Shown one piece after another: positions 9,313-18,840 of a DNA stretch of 52,826 nucleotides. Both the position numbers and the translations under genes were made by a program. Every line of letters begins with the position of its first letter. Position 1 is the stretch's first letter. Source of the DNA: an uncultured Candidatus Bathyarchaeia archaeon (lineage in GTDB: Archaea > Thermoproteota > Bathyarchaeia > Bathyarchaeales > Bathycorpusculaceae); assembly GCA_964450845.1 (NCBI GenBank), contig CAYVGZ010000003.1:1-52826 (forward strand), written 5' to 3'. The notes under the pieces are model-generated. The model did no database searches and had not been told where the DNA came from. It was given only the letters and a program-made list of their open reading frames with translations.

Positions 9313-9756
9313 CTATTCTATCGGAATCCTAAATTCGTGTGTGCGTGGTAGACGAATCTCGAGTATTCCTTTCTTGAAGCGGAGTCCCATTTTGTCCATA
9401 TATACTGGTACTGGAACACGTAGGTGGCAGTGTAATTTCTGGAATTCTCCTTTGTGATGGGTTATGCCGAAGTCGGTGAACTGTATTTTCCGTTTCATGG
9501 TTGCCAATATTTCGATAGTGTTTTTGTCTACTGGTTTAACTTGTATGGAGTTTTCTTTCGTGAGAGGTAAATCGACAGTCACTATCACCTCTGTCGGGGT
9601 CACTCTCATATTGCGAAGCGGCTCCATCGTGCAAGCCTTCTGATTCCAGCTCGGCCTTTCTATCAGCGTCTCTCTCCATCTTTCAAACTCTTCTTCTAAT
9701 TCTTCAAAGTAATTGTCAAGTATATCCATGATTGAGCGTTTTCTTTTGGTTGACAT
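9313..9756 (-). CDS. hsp20: Hsp20/alpha-crystallin small heat-shock protein
   Basis: Start re-called at ATG 9756 (AAGGAGG SD); VTVDLP and FKKGILEIRLP alpha-crystallin motifs; 147 aa. Confidence 0.85.
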   Translation of the reverse strand: MSTKRKRSIMDILDNYFEELEEEFERWRETLIERPSWNQKACTMEPLRNMRVTPTEVIVTVDLPLTKENSIQVKPVDKNTIEILATMKRKIQFTDFGITHHKGEFQKLHCHLRVPVPVYMDKMGLRFKKGILEIRLPRTHEFRIPIE

Positions 9757-9770
9757 TGCCGTTTTCCTCC

Positions 9771-10517
9771 TTATGATACGTATACTGGGATGTCGTACTC
9801 CTGACCTTTCTTCATGCTGGGCATCTCTTGCTGTGTTCGCTTCATCACATCTCTCGCCTTCAAGCGAATTTCTTCGCCCTTTTCCAGAAGTTTTGCAGTA
9901 TCCACTTTTACTCCAGTCATAGTAGCCAAACCCTTTAGCACCTCTGCTGCTGCTTCTGGGTCTGGGTAGTTGAGGAAACACTGTGCTAGTAATGTTATGG
10001 CAGGCAATCCTATTTGAGCGCAACGCAACAGCATAATCGCTTGAGGACCAACCATGTATCCTTCCATCAATGCTTCGATACCCTTGTCTTGAACTTTTTT
10101 CAACATTTCTGGATTTGATGCGGCGGCAAACACTTTCAATTCTTTTGCATCTTGCCTGTCTTCAATTGGAATGCCGCTCATCGAAATCATCATTTTAGCC
10201 TTTTTGTTTTTTCCCCAATCGATTAAGGCATTCATTATTTGGTAGATGGCATCCGCAGATATCGGCGTTTCAGAAACGGCTAGGAGAATGTTATGGTTAC
10301 CAAAAATTCTTATCGAAGAATGAGGCAGCCCTTCATGCAAAACGATGAGCGGTTGTAGCAATCTTGAATCAATGTACGCCACTTCAGCAAGGTTAAGTTC
10401 TTCAACCAAATGTGAAGCAGCTATCACGCCTACTAACCCAACATCTGGAAAGCCGAAGAGCATGATGGCATCAGATGGAATTTCCTTCTTCTCTATAATT
10501 TTTATTTCTTCACTCAA
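9771..10517 (-). CDS. Proteasome assembly chaperone family (PAC2/Pba) protein
   Basis: GFPDVGLVGVIAA N-terminal motif and YPDPEAA; start re-called at TTG 10517. Confidence 0.88.
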   Translation of the reverse strand: MSEEIKIIEKKEIPSDAIMLFGFPDVGLVGVIAASHLVEELNLAEVAYIDSRLLQPLIVLHEGLPHSSIRIFGNHNILLAVSETPISADAIYQIMNALIDWGKNKKAKMMISMSGIPIEDRQDAKELKVFAAASNPEMLKKVQDKGIEALMEGYMVGPQAIMLLRCAQIGLPAITLLAQCFLNYPDPEAAAEVLKGLATMTGVKVDTAKLLEKGEEIRLKARDVMKRTQQEMPSMKKGQEYDIPVYVS

Positions 10518-10590
10518 ATTTAATTTCCTCAACCATCTCTTAAAAAGCGTGCAGTGTAAAAACTTTATGGAACGCAAACGTTGAAAACGG

Positions 10591-10610
10591 AATATCTATT
10601 TAAAGGGGGG
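10591..10610 (-). promoter_or_regulatory. C6-TATA-like recurrent motif, copy 1 (divergent PAC2/srp54 intergenic)
   Basis: Minus strand CCCCCCTTTAAATAGATATT; resembles the copies at 17085, 27069 and 52002. Confidence 0.5.
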
Positions 10611-10636
10611 TATATTTTTTAAATCTGGAGAAAGCT

Positions 10637-11971
10637 ATGGCTTTAGAACGTTTAGGTTCCTCACTTCACGATGCCCTAAAAAAGCTCTTCAAAGCCTCTA
10701 TCGTAGATGAGGCTGCTGTTAAAGAACTTGCTCGCGACGTGCAAAGAGCTCTCCTACAAGCGGATGTGAACGTTAAACTTGTACTTGACATTTCAAAACG
10801 AATAGAAGAAAGAGCATTAAAAGAAAAAGTTCCCCCAGGCGTTTCAAGACGTGAACACGTAATAAAAGTTGTTTACGAAGAATTAACACGTTTCCTCGGA
10901 GAAAAGCCCGTTCCAATAAGAATAGAAACTGGAAAAAGAAAGGTGATGATGCTTATTGGCATACAAGGCTCTGGAAAAACAACAGCCGCAGCCAAACTAG
11001 CAAGATACTTCCAAAAAAGAGGTCTAAAACCAGCTTTAATTTGTGCAGACACTTATCGACCAGGCGCTTATGCACAACTCCAGCAACTGGCAAATAGAAT
11101 TAACGTATCATTGTATGGCGAACTGAAAGCAAAGGATCCTACTAAAATAGCCCTTAATGGCTTAAAACAGTTCAATGACAAAGACGTAATAATCATCGAT
11201 ACTGCTGGTCGCCACAAAGAAGAGCAGGAACTAATCAAAGAGATGATGATGCTTGAGAAAAACATCAAACCAGACGAAGTTATGCTAGTAATTGACGGAA
11301 CAATTGGTCAACAAGCAATGGTTCAAGCAAAAGCCTTCAACGAGGCAACACCTATAGGCTCTATCCTTGTAACAAAACTAGACGGTTCAGCCAGAGGTGG
11401 AGGAGCCCTCTCGGCAGTTGCGACCACAGGTGCTCCGATAAAATTCATCAGCACTGGCGAAAAAATTGAAGATATAGAGCCTTTCATTCCTTCTCGTTTC
11501 GTTGGCAGGCTTCTGGGCATGGGCGACCTAGAAACTTTAATTGACAAAGTGCGTGAGGCAGAAGTAAGAGTTCCCGAGAAGAAAGCCAAAGCTATCTTGA
11601 GCGGCAAGTTCACTTTAACAGACATGTACGAACAGTTCGAAGCCATGAAGGGAATGGGACCCTTCAGAAAACTTTTGAAAATGCTCCCTGGCATGTCCTA
11701 CGATATACCTGAAGACATGCTGAACACAGCTGAAGACCGCTTAGAAAAATGGCGCGTCCTGATTCAGTCTATGACACCTGAAGAAAAGAATGACCCAAAA
11801 ATTTTCAACTCTTCGAGGATAAAACGTGTCGCTAGAGGTTCAGGAACAAGCGAAAAGGAAGTCAAGGAACTTCTCAAACAGTATTCGATGATGCGCCGTG
11901 TGCTAAAAACACTGCGGAGAAAGAAGAAACTGCCTTTCTTCGGCAAAGGATTGCCAGTCGATTTTAAGTAA
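10637..11971 (+). CDS. srp54: Signal recognition particle protein SRP54
   Basis: GIQGSGKTT, DTAGRH and TKLDG GTPase motifs; M domain with RVARGSG. Confidence 0.97.
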   Translation: MALERLGSSLHDALKKLFKASIVDEAAVKELARDVQRALLQADVNVKLVLDISKRIEERALKEKVPPGVSRREHVIKVVYEELTRFLGEKPVPIRIETGKRKVMMLIGIQGSGKTTAAAKLARYFQKRGLKPALICADTYRPGAYAQLQQLANRINVSLYGELKAKDPTKIALNGLKQFNDKDVIIIDTAGRHKEEQELIKEMMMLEKNIKPDEVMLVIDGTIGQQAMVQAKAFNEATPIGSILVTKLDGSARGGGALSAVATTGAPIKFISTGEKIEDIEPFIPSRFVGRLLGMGDLETLIDKVREAEVRVPEKKAKAILSGKFTLTDMYEQFEAMKGMGPFRKLLKMLPGMSYDIPEDMLNTAEDRLEKWRVLIQSMTPEEKNDPKIFNSSRIKRVARGSGTSEKEVKELLKQYSMMRRVLKTLRRKKKLPFFGKGLPVDFK

Positions 11972-12000
11972 ATTTAAACAATGTTGAAAAGGACTGCCTC

Positions 12001-13335
12001 ATGGACATTTTAGAAAAAGCACAGAGAATGCTTGAAGAATACCCCTTATGCGACCACTGTCTAGGAAGACAATTTGCCCTTCTCGGTCATAGCATAGAAA
12101 ATGATGAGAGAGGAAAGGCGATAAAACTAGCTTTGACGCTTAAGGCTCATGAACTGGCTCTTTCAAAAAGCAGGGAAGGCGTAAAAATTCTCAAAATCCT
12201 TGCGACGAACGGTTTCTCTAAAACAACACAAGAAATACTGCAAAAAATGAAAAAGCGCATTCCAAGTAAAAACTTTCCAAAAACATGCTTTTTGTGCGAA
12301 TATAAATTCAAGACCACTGGGAATCTGGCGGAGAAAGCCCTCAAAGAGCTTGAAGGTTATGAATACAACAGTTTTTTGGTGGGAACAGAGTTGTCAGTTG
12401 CAGTTGAGGAACGTGAAGACGAATTTAAAGCCAGGTTTGATGCAGGCTATGGAGAAAACATGAGGAACGAGTTTGGAAGAGTAATAGGGAAGAAAATTGC
12501 TGAACAAAACGGAAAAATTGTGGATTATAGGAAACCTGAAATTGTTGTGCTTGTTAACCCCTTCTCCGAAGAAATAAATCTTCAAATAAATCCGCTTTAT
12601 GTTGCGGGTCATTACACGAAACTTGTTAGGGGTATACCACAGTCAAAATGGTTCTGTTCAAACTGCCGAGGGAAAGGCTGCGAAAAATGCAATTGGACTG
12701 GAAAAATGTATCCAGAATCGGTGGAAGAATTAATTGCAAAACCGTTCTTAGACTCAACGGGCGGCGTGAAAGCCTCTTTTCATGCTTCGGGCAGAGAAGA
12801 TATAGACGCTCGCATGCTAGGCAAAGGCAGACCTTTCGTAATAGAGATGACAAAACCCAAAAGGCGGTTTTTAGACCTTAAAAAAGTAGAAGAGGTCGTT
12901 AATACTTATGCTAAAGGTAAAGTTGAAATTTCCAACTTGCGGTTTGCAGACAAAGATGTTGTTAGAAGGTTGAAAAAGGCAGAATCTGCACAAAAGGAAT
13001 ACCATTTAATAATGGAATTCGAAAATAAAATAGCCACGAAGGACTTGCGCCTCTTAGAAGAGAAATTGACAAATGTTATGATTATGCAGAAAACGCCACT
13101 CCGTGTTTTGCATAGACGGGCGGATTTAACGCGAGAAAAGTACATATACGAGGTGAAAGTAAACAAATTGTCGCCTAAAAAGGCTGAAATGAAGGTACGA
13201 TGCCAAGGAGGACTTTACGTTAAAGAATTGGTGACTGGAGATGAAGGGAGAACAACACCAAGCGTTTCAGAAATTCTCAAAAACAGAGCGAAGCCTATCA
13301 AGCTTGATGTTTTAAACGTGATTATGGGAGATTAA
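12001..13335 (+). CDS. pus10: tRNA pseudouridine(54/55) synthase Pus10
   Basis: N-terminal LCDHCLGR Zn motif, catalytic GREDIDARM, and CQGGLYVKELV. Confidence 0.95.
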   Translation: MDILEKAQRMLEEYPLCDHCLGRQFALLGHSIENDERGKAIKLALTLKAHELALSKSREGVKILKILATNGFSKTTQEILQKMKKRIPSKNFPKTCFLCEYKFKTTGNLAEKALKELEGYEYNSFLVGTELSVAVEEREDEFKARFDAGYGENMRNEFGRVIGKKIAEQNGKIVDYRKPEIVVLVNPFSEEINLQINPLYVAGHYTKLVRGIPQSKWFCSNCRGKGCEKCNWTGKMYPESVEELIAKPFLDSTGGVKASFHASGREDIDARMLGKGRPFVIEMTKPKRRFLDLKKVEEVVNTYAKGKVEISNLRFADKDVVRRLKKAESAQKEYHLIMEFENKIATKDLRLLEEKLTNVMIMQKTPLRVLHRRADLTREKYIYEVKVNKLSPKKAEMKVRCQGGLYVKELVTGDEGRTTPSVSEILKNRAKPIKLDVLNVIMGD

Positions 13336-13347
13336 AGGTGTGGAAAA

Positions 13348-13647
13348 ATGAGGAAATCTAGGGGATACCGTGCGGGAACACGCCGCCTTCTAAAAAAGGA
13401 ACCTAGGGAGCGAGGTAAAACGACAATAAGCAAACTACTCTACGAATACCAGCCCGGATGGCGAGTAGTCATCAAAATAGACTCAAGCATTCAAAAAGGG
13501 ATGCCTCACAAACGTTATCACGGTAGAGTCGGAACAATAATCGACAAACGCGGTCGAAGTTACATTGTAAGTGTTCAACAAGGAGACGCCATAAAAAATA
13601 TAATTGTTAGACCAGAACATTTAGAACCCTATGCGGGGTTATCATAA
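13348..13647 (+). CDS. rpl21e: 50S ribosomal protein L21e
   Basis: GMPHKRYHGRVG and VRPEHL motifs. Confidence 0.96.
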   Translation: MRKSRGYRAGTRRLLKKEPRERGKTTISKLLYEYQPGWRVVIKIDSSIQKGMPHKRYHGRVGTIIDKRGRSYIVSVQQGDAIKNIIVRPEHLEPYAGLS

Positions 13648-13986
13648 ATGTCTGAAAAGGATGTAAAAGAAAAGGAACTTACTCTTCCACAAGTTAAAAA
13701 GTTGTTAGAATCGATGGGTGAAGAGAATCTTGACCAGTTTCAACGCCGCACGCTTGATTATATTGCCAAGTTTTCCAAGGCGGATGCTGAGGTAGCTGAA
13801 AAGCTTGTAGAAAAGCTTGTGACAGAATTTGGCGTGGAAAAAGATGAGGCTGTTCAAATTGTTAATTGTATGCCAAAAACCGTTGAAGAGTTGAGGGTTT
13901 TTCTAGCTGGTGGCCGTAAGATTATTGAAACGTCAAAATTGGAGGCCATAGTTGCCCTTTTAAATGAACATCGAAAACTGAAATAG
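13648..13986 (+). CDS. rpoF: RNA polymerase subunit Rpo4 (F)
   Basis: QIVNCMPKTVEELR HRDC-like motif; canonical position after rpl21e. Confidence 0.9.
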   Translation: MSEKDVKEKELTLPQVKKLLESMGEENLDQFQRRTLDYIAKFSKADAEVAEKLVEKLVTEFGVEKDEAVQIVNCMPKTVEELRVFLAGGRKIIETSKLEAIVALLNEHRKLK

Positions 13987-14037
13987 GCAAATCAGCTACT
14001 ATTTTTATGCAACAAAAAGGGTAGAACAAAGGCGGAT

Positions 14038-14607
14038 ATGATGGAAAAGCGATACGAAGAGTACGGTTACGTTCTAGATTTCTTGCAGCATGGTCGCCCA
14101 GGAGTGCGTCCTTCTGGGAGGGCTGGCTATCGAGCGGGAGCCTTGGTTCAGTTGATAGGTGAAGAGTTTTTCACACTTTTAGAAGCATTGGTGAAGGAAG
14201 GTGTCATTCTTAAGCCTTACGACCGCGTTTATGTTGGCAAGGAGAACCGTGAGGAAATCACGTATATAATTGGGCGGATAGGCTATGAGGAGTTGACTGC
14301 CGCTGCGAAGATGGAGCTTTCAACTGTTATCAGTAAAGTCGTATTGAATCGGGAAAAGTGGTTCGTCGACTTTTTCAATACTGCAAGGGCTATAACGCCG
14401 AGGATGCATGCGCTGGAACTGCTTCCGGGGATAGGGAAAAAGTACATGTGGCAAGTTGTTAATGAGCGTGAGAAAAAACCGTTCGAGAGTTTTGATGATT
14501 TGCAGAAGCGTACAGAATTGCCTAATCCTGTGAAGCTTATTACTAAGAGGGTTTTAGAGGAGTTGGCTGGCGATAGCAAGTACCGACTGTTTACTAGGGC
14601 GTACTAG
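14038..14607 (+). CDS. DUF655 family protein (HhH nucleic-acid binding)
   Basis: YVLDFL and RMHALELLPGIGKK; conserved archaeal neighbour of rpoF and ksgA. Confidence 0.9.
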   Translation: MMEKRYEEYGYVLDFLQHGRPGVRPSGRAGYRAGALVQLIGEEFFTLLEALVKEGVILKPYDRVYVGKENREEITYIIGRIGYEELTAAAKMELSTVISKVVLNREKWFVDFFNTARAITPRMHALELLPGIGKKYMWQVVNEREKKPFESFDDLQKRTELPNPVKLITKRVLEELAGDSKYRLFTRAY

Positions 14608-14634
14608 CATGTTTTAGTTGGTTAGCGGGGTAAT

Positions 14635-15456
14635 ATGAGTCTTTTAGAGAGAACGAAGTTTCTTCTTCGAAAGTATCGAATTTTTCCGAACAAATTTTTA
14701 GGGCAAAACTTCTTGGTTGAGCCTTCAATTTTGCAAAGTATGGCTAATTATGCTTCGCTGGACGAGAACGATGTGGTGTTGGATATTGGTGCTGGTTTAG
14801 GTTTTTTGACGCGTTTTCTGTCGAATAGATGTGGAAGCGTTTTGGCTGTCGAATCTGATGTGCATCTTGTGAAAATTTTGTGTGAGGAGCTAAAGGATTT
14901 GCCAAATGTCAAAGTAATCGAGGGCGATGTGCTCAAAGCACGTATTCCACAATTTAGCAAAGTGGTTTCAATTCCTCCATATAATATTTCTTCTCGTTTG
15001 CTTTTGTGGCTTTTTGCCAAAAATTTTGAGTGTGCAGTGTTGATTTTTCAAAAAGAATTTGTGGATCGGCTTGTGGCTTCTGTTGGAAGTGAAGACTATG
15101 GATGGTTGACAGTTTTTGCCTATTATCATGTAGAAGTTGAACTTTTAGACGATGTTCCTAAGTGGATGTTTTATCCGCAGCCAGAAGTGGATTCGATTAT
15201 TATACGTTTAAAACCGTGGAAGGTGTCGCCTTTCAAGTTGAAGAATGAAGTGTTATTTAGGCAATTGGTTCGATCACTTTTCACGCAACGCAACAGGAAA
15301 GTTAGAAATGCCATATTGCCTTTCGTGAAAGGTATGTCTGCTATTGTAACAGAAAATGCTGTCAAGTTGAGTGAGGCTTTTCCGTTTGCTGATAAAAGGG
15401 TGAGGGAATTAGCCCCTGAAGATTTTGGAGCGTTAGCAAATGCCTTCTCCGATTAA
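14635..15456 (+). CDS. rsmA: 16S rRNA m6,2A dimethyltransferase RsmA/KsgA
   Basis: LGQNFL, DIGAGLG, SIPPYNIS (NxPY-like) and FYPQPEVDS. Confidence 0.93.
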   Translation: MSLLERTKFLLRKYRIFPNKFLGQNFLVEPSILQSMANYASLDENDVVLDIGAGLGFLTRFLSNRCGSVLAVESDVHLVKILCEELKDLPNVKVIEGDVLKARIPQFSKVVSIPPYNISSRLLLWLFAKNFECAVLIFQKEFVDRLVASVGSEDYGWLTVFAYYHVEVELLDDVPKWMFYPQPEVDSIIIRLKPWKVSPFKLKNEVLFRQLVRSLFTQRNRKVRNAILPFVKGMSAIVTENAVKLSEAFPFADKRVRELAPEDFGALANAFSD

Positions 15457-16054
15457 AAAGGTGTTTTTTGAGGATTACGTCTTTGGGGTTTCGGAAAATG
15501 TTTATGAGCCTGCTGAAGATTCGTTTCTTTTTGCTGAGAATCTGGTGGTTAGAGAGGGCGATGTTGTTCTTGACATGGGAGCTGGGTGTGGCATATTAGG
15601 TGTAGTTGCAGCGAAGAAAGCGGGGAAGGTTGTTGCTGTTGATGTGAATCCTTATGCTATTCGGTGTGCAAAGAAAAATGCGAAGTTGAACGGTGTTTTG
15701 GATAAAATGTTCTTTGTGCAAGGAGACCTGTTCACAGCAATAAGGTCTGGAGAGAGATTTGATTTGGTTCTCTTTAATGCTCCGTACTTGTCTTCAGAAA
15801 GTGTTGAGGATTTGTCTTGGCTTGAGCGTGCTTGGTCTGGTGGGATTGCTGGTAGGCAAGTTGTTGACTGCTTTATTTGTGAGGTGCCGAAATATTTGAA
15901 GCGGGATGGGCGTGTCTTTTTGACGCAGTCCACATTGTCTGGTTTTGATGAAACTTTGCGGAAATTTGGGGAAAATGGCTTAAAAGCGAGTGTTGTTGCA
16001 GAACAGGATTTGCCGTTTTTTGAAACGATAGCGCTTGTGAAGGCGGAACGGTGA
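15440..16054 (+). CDS. HemK2/PrmC-like protein-glutamine methyltransferase
   Basis: VYEPAEDSFL, DMGAGCG and FNAPY (NPPY-like) motifs. Confidence 0.88.
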   Translation: MPSPIKKVFFEDYVFGVSENVYEPAEDSFLFAENLVVREGDVVLDMGAGCGILGVVAAKKAGKVVAVDVNPYAIRCAKKNAKLNGVLDKMFFVQGDLFTAIRSGERFDLVLFNAPYLSSESVEDLSWLERAWSGGIAGRQVVDCFICEVPKYLKRDGRVFLTQSTLSGFDETLRKFGENGLKASVVAEQDLPFFETIALVKAER

Positions 16055-16108
16055 ATTTTTGGGAAGTTAAATAAGTGTATTCGTATAATTTGGTGTGGAT
16101 GGTTTAAG

Positions 16109-16462
16109 ATGGAGAAGATGGTTGGGTGTTGTGGAATAATCTGTTCTGATTGTCCAGTTTTGATAGCTACACGAAAGAATGATGATGCAGAGAGGCAGCG
16201 AGTTGCTGAAATATTTACTAAGCAATATGGGAAAGAGTATAAGCCAGAGGACATTAACTGTGACGGTTGTTTGAGTGATAGTCAACGAATTTTCAGCTAC
16301 TGCAATGCTTGTGAAATACGGAAGTGTGCGAAGGAGAAAAACGTTGCGAACTGCGGTTCCTGCGCGGATTATCCGTGTGAAAAGCTTTCTAAATTGTTTG
16401 CTGAATATTCGAAGGCTAAAGAGACGCTGGATGAGATAAGGCGTGAGTACGGCATCATTTAA
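16109..16462 (+). CDS. DUF3795-like Cys-rich protein
   Basis: GCCGIICSDCP, CDGC, CEIRKCA and CGSCADYPCEKL pattern. Confidence 0.8.
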   Translation: MEKMVGCCGIICSDCPVLIATRKNDDAERQRVAEIFTKQYGKEYKPEDINCDGCLSDSQRIFSYCNACEIRKCAKEKNVANCGSCADYPCEKLSKLFAEYSKAKETLDEIRREYGII

Positions 16463-17051
16463 GTTTCTGCAGTCTTAGCTCGTCTCTTACTGGTAGTCCA
16501 CCTATTCCTTTCAAAACCTTGCCGTGTTTTTCTGCAATAACGTTAGGTTTTACTTCGTAAATCTGAAACCCGAGGGACTGGTAAAATGCTAAGGCTGGCA
16601 AATCGTCATTTGAGGTTGAAACTAGTAACTTTTTCTTTCTAAGCCTTTTAGCTTCTGCTTCAACTTTTTTGATTAAGCTTTTGCCTACTCCGGCATTTTG
16701 ATGTTTGGGTAATATGCCTAAAGCCACGATTATAATGGCATCGTCGACTTCTGCAAAAGAAACAAATCCAATAACGTTGCTTCCAGACTTTGCTACGTAC
16801 GCAGGAAGCTCTGCTACGGTGAATTTTCTGTCAAAAGTGAGTTGCTCTTCCTCTCCCCAAAAACGTTGAACAATCTCCCGAATTTTTTTTCCTTTCTTTG
16901 TCTAATGCTACTTTTTTAATTGTGTAGTTCACGGTGGTTTTCTTTGTGCATGAGGTGCATACGGTTCGCAATTTAGCATGTTCTCCGCATATCGATTTTC
17001 CGCAGATGTTGCATCTGTAGATTGCGTCTTTTTTGCATATTTGCAGCTCAT
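16455..17051 (-). pseudogene. Zinc-finger-GNAT acetyltransferase fusion carrying two compensating frameshifts
   Basis: AGAGGT SD + ATG 17051. One base is missing near 17041-43, then a frame encodes ICKKDAIYRCNICGKSICGEH..CTSC..NYTIKK; one extra base in the A8 run (16883-90); then IREIVQRFWGE...HQNAGVGKSLI GNAT. ATG to stop is 597 nt (in frame). Confidence 0.75.
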
Positions 17052-17084
17052 GGGTTTGACCTCTCTGCGTGTGCTTAGCCTAGA

Positions 17085-17106
17085 CCCCCTTATATATAGA
17101 TTGAAC
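17085..17106 (+). promoter_or_regulatory. C5-TATA-like recurrent motif, copy 2 (divergent ZnF-GNAT/MTase intergenic)
   Basis: CCCCCTTATATATAGATTGAAC; 21/22 identical to the minus-strand copy at 27069-27090. Confidence 0.55.
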
Positions 17107-17239
17107 TTCTAATACACTTAGGTAGAGATTTAAGATTCCCAATATAAACCTCAAAGGTCAAGAACGAGCTTAGGAGGCAGAATGCAGAGAGCTTTTATAA
17201 AAATTTTAATAGGGAGGAAACAGGTAATTTATAAATGGA

Positions 17240-18091
17240 ATGCCGTTGGAATTAGATAAGATATACCTTGGAGACTGCGGGGAGATACTTAAGACTTTTC
17301 CAGACGATTCAATCGACCTGATCGTAACATCTCCACCATACGCCTACAATCGGAAATCAACCTATGGCGGTATCCCTGTTGAGAAGTATGTTGGCTGGTT
17401 TCTTCCAATTTCCTTTGAACTGAAAAGGGTTCTAAAGCCAACTGGTTCTTTCGTTCTGAACATTAAAGAACGAGTTGTAAATGGTGAGCGACATACTTAT
17501 GTTATTGAACTGATTCTTGAAATGAGGAAACAAGGTTGGCTTTGGGCTGAGGAGTATATTTGGCATAAGAAGAATTGCTACCCTGGAAAGTGGACTAATC
17601 GTTTCCGTGACGCTTGGGAACGTTGTTTGCATTTCACTAAAGAAAAGAAGTTCAAGATATTCCAAGATGCTGTGAAAGTCCCAATAGGAGAGTGGGCAAG
17701 TACAAGGCTGACGAGACTGAGCGAGACTGATAAGAAGCGTGACAAATCGAAGTCTGGAAGCCCCTTCGGGAAAAACGTATCTCATTGGTTAGGGAAGACA
17801 ACTGTATATCCAACTAATGTTCTACACCTTGCAACTGAATGTTCAAATCGTAATCACAGTGCAGCATTCCCGATAGCTCTGCCTAGCTGGTTCATCAAGC
17901 TTTTCACACAGGAGGGAGATGTGGTTCTAGACCCATTTATAGGTGTAGGTACAACTGCTGTAGCATGTGTTAACTTGAAGAGGAGATATGTTGGAATTGA
18001 CATTATGAAGAACTATTATGACCTAGCGATTAAGGCTGTAGAGGAAGCCAGAGGCATCAAACGAAATGGTAGACAGGTTGTTTTGGCATGA
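17240..18091 (+). CDS. Site-specific DNA methyltransferase, beta class (probably N4-cytosine)
   Basis: N-terminal catalytic TSPPY precedes the C-terminal DPFIGVGTT (FxGxG); HSAAFP. Confidence 0.92.
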   Translation: MPLELDKIYLGDCGEILKTFPDDSIDLIVTSPPYAYNRKSTYGGIPVEKYVGWFLPISFELKRVLKPTGSFVLNIKERVVNGERHTYVIELILEMRKQGWLWAEEYIWHKKNCYPGKWTNRFRDAWERCLHFTKEKKFKIFQDAVKVPIGEWASTRLTRLSETDKKRDKSKSGSPFGKNVSHWLGKTTVYPTNVLHLATECSNRNHSAAFPIALPSWFIKLFTQEGDVVLDPFIGVGTTAVACVNLKRRYVGIDIMKNYYDLAIKAVEEARGIKRNGRQVVLA

Positions 18092-18840
18092 ATACTAATC
18101 AGCTTGAGAGACTTATAGCGAAGTGTCTTCGCGATTTCTATAGTAGACGTATCAAGCGGATTCAGGAACTTAAACTGAGGGATTTTCTGAGCAAGAAGAA
18201 TCCTTACCTTTTTCGTGCAATAGGTACTGAGAAGGCTTCAGAGATTGTGGAGGATGTTCTAAAAGCCTTCATAAGTTCCTCAGATGAGGGCATGTTTGGT
18301 GATGCCTTCTTTGAGCCTATTGCAAAACTAGCCTCTGGGGGTGTTGTCTCTCCATCAGAAGGTGTAGATGTCGCTATAGAAACGAAAAACCGATACATGG
18401 CAATCGCAGTAAAGTCGGGTCCAAATTGGGGAAATGCAAGTCAATTGAGAAAGCAAAACCAAGATTTCATTGCACTAGAGAGTCGCTTATACAAGCTTCA
18501 TAAGCAATTTGATGCTATAATTGGACATGGATATGGGCGGAAGAAGGGAAAGCCTAAAGGCAAGATTTACCGTAATGTTTCTGGACAGGCTTTTTGGACA
18601 GAGATAACAGGAGACCATGATTTCTATCTCAAGCTCATTCGGCTAATGAAGGATGAGCCACAGAAGCATAAACCAAAATATAAGAAAGCTTGGGATGCTG
18701 CAGTTAATCGTTTCACTGGAGAATTTATTAAGGATTTTTGTTTTCCAGATGGGCATATAGACTGGGAGAAGCTGGTCTGTTTTGTTAGTGAGGACTGGAG
18801 CAAAGGCAAAGACAATTGCGCACAAATCAAGCTTGCCTAG
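18088..18840 (+). CDS. Type II restriction endonuclease, EcoO109I/PmeII-like
   Basis: KNPYLFRA, FGDAFFE, GVD..IAVKSG (PD-(D/E)xK-like) and GQAFW; ATGA overlap with the MTase. Confidence 0.8.
   Translation: MNTNQLERLIAKCLRDFYSRRIKRIQELKLRDFLSKKNPYLFRAIGTEKASEIVEDVLKAFISSSDEGMFGDAFFEPIAKLASGGVVSPSEGVDVAIETKNRYMAIAVKSGPNWGNASQLRKQNQDFIALESRLYKLHKQFDAIIGHGYGRKKGKPKGKIYRNVSGQAFWTEITGDHDFYLKLIRLMKDEPQKHKPKYKKAWDAAVNRFTGEFIKDFCFPDGHIDWEKLVCFVSEDWSKGKDNCAQIKLA

Noticed and set aside
9757-10023. 89-aa N-terminal extension of Hsp20 in the ORF track
   Set aside because: Overlaps the PAC2 gene on the same strand; a clear AAGGAGG SD places the start at 9756.
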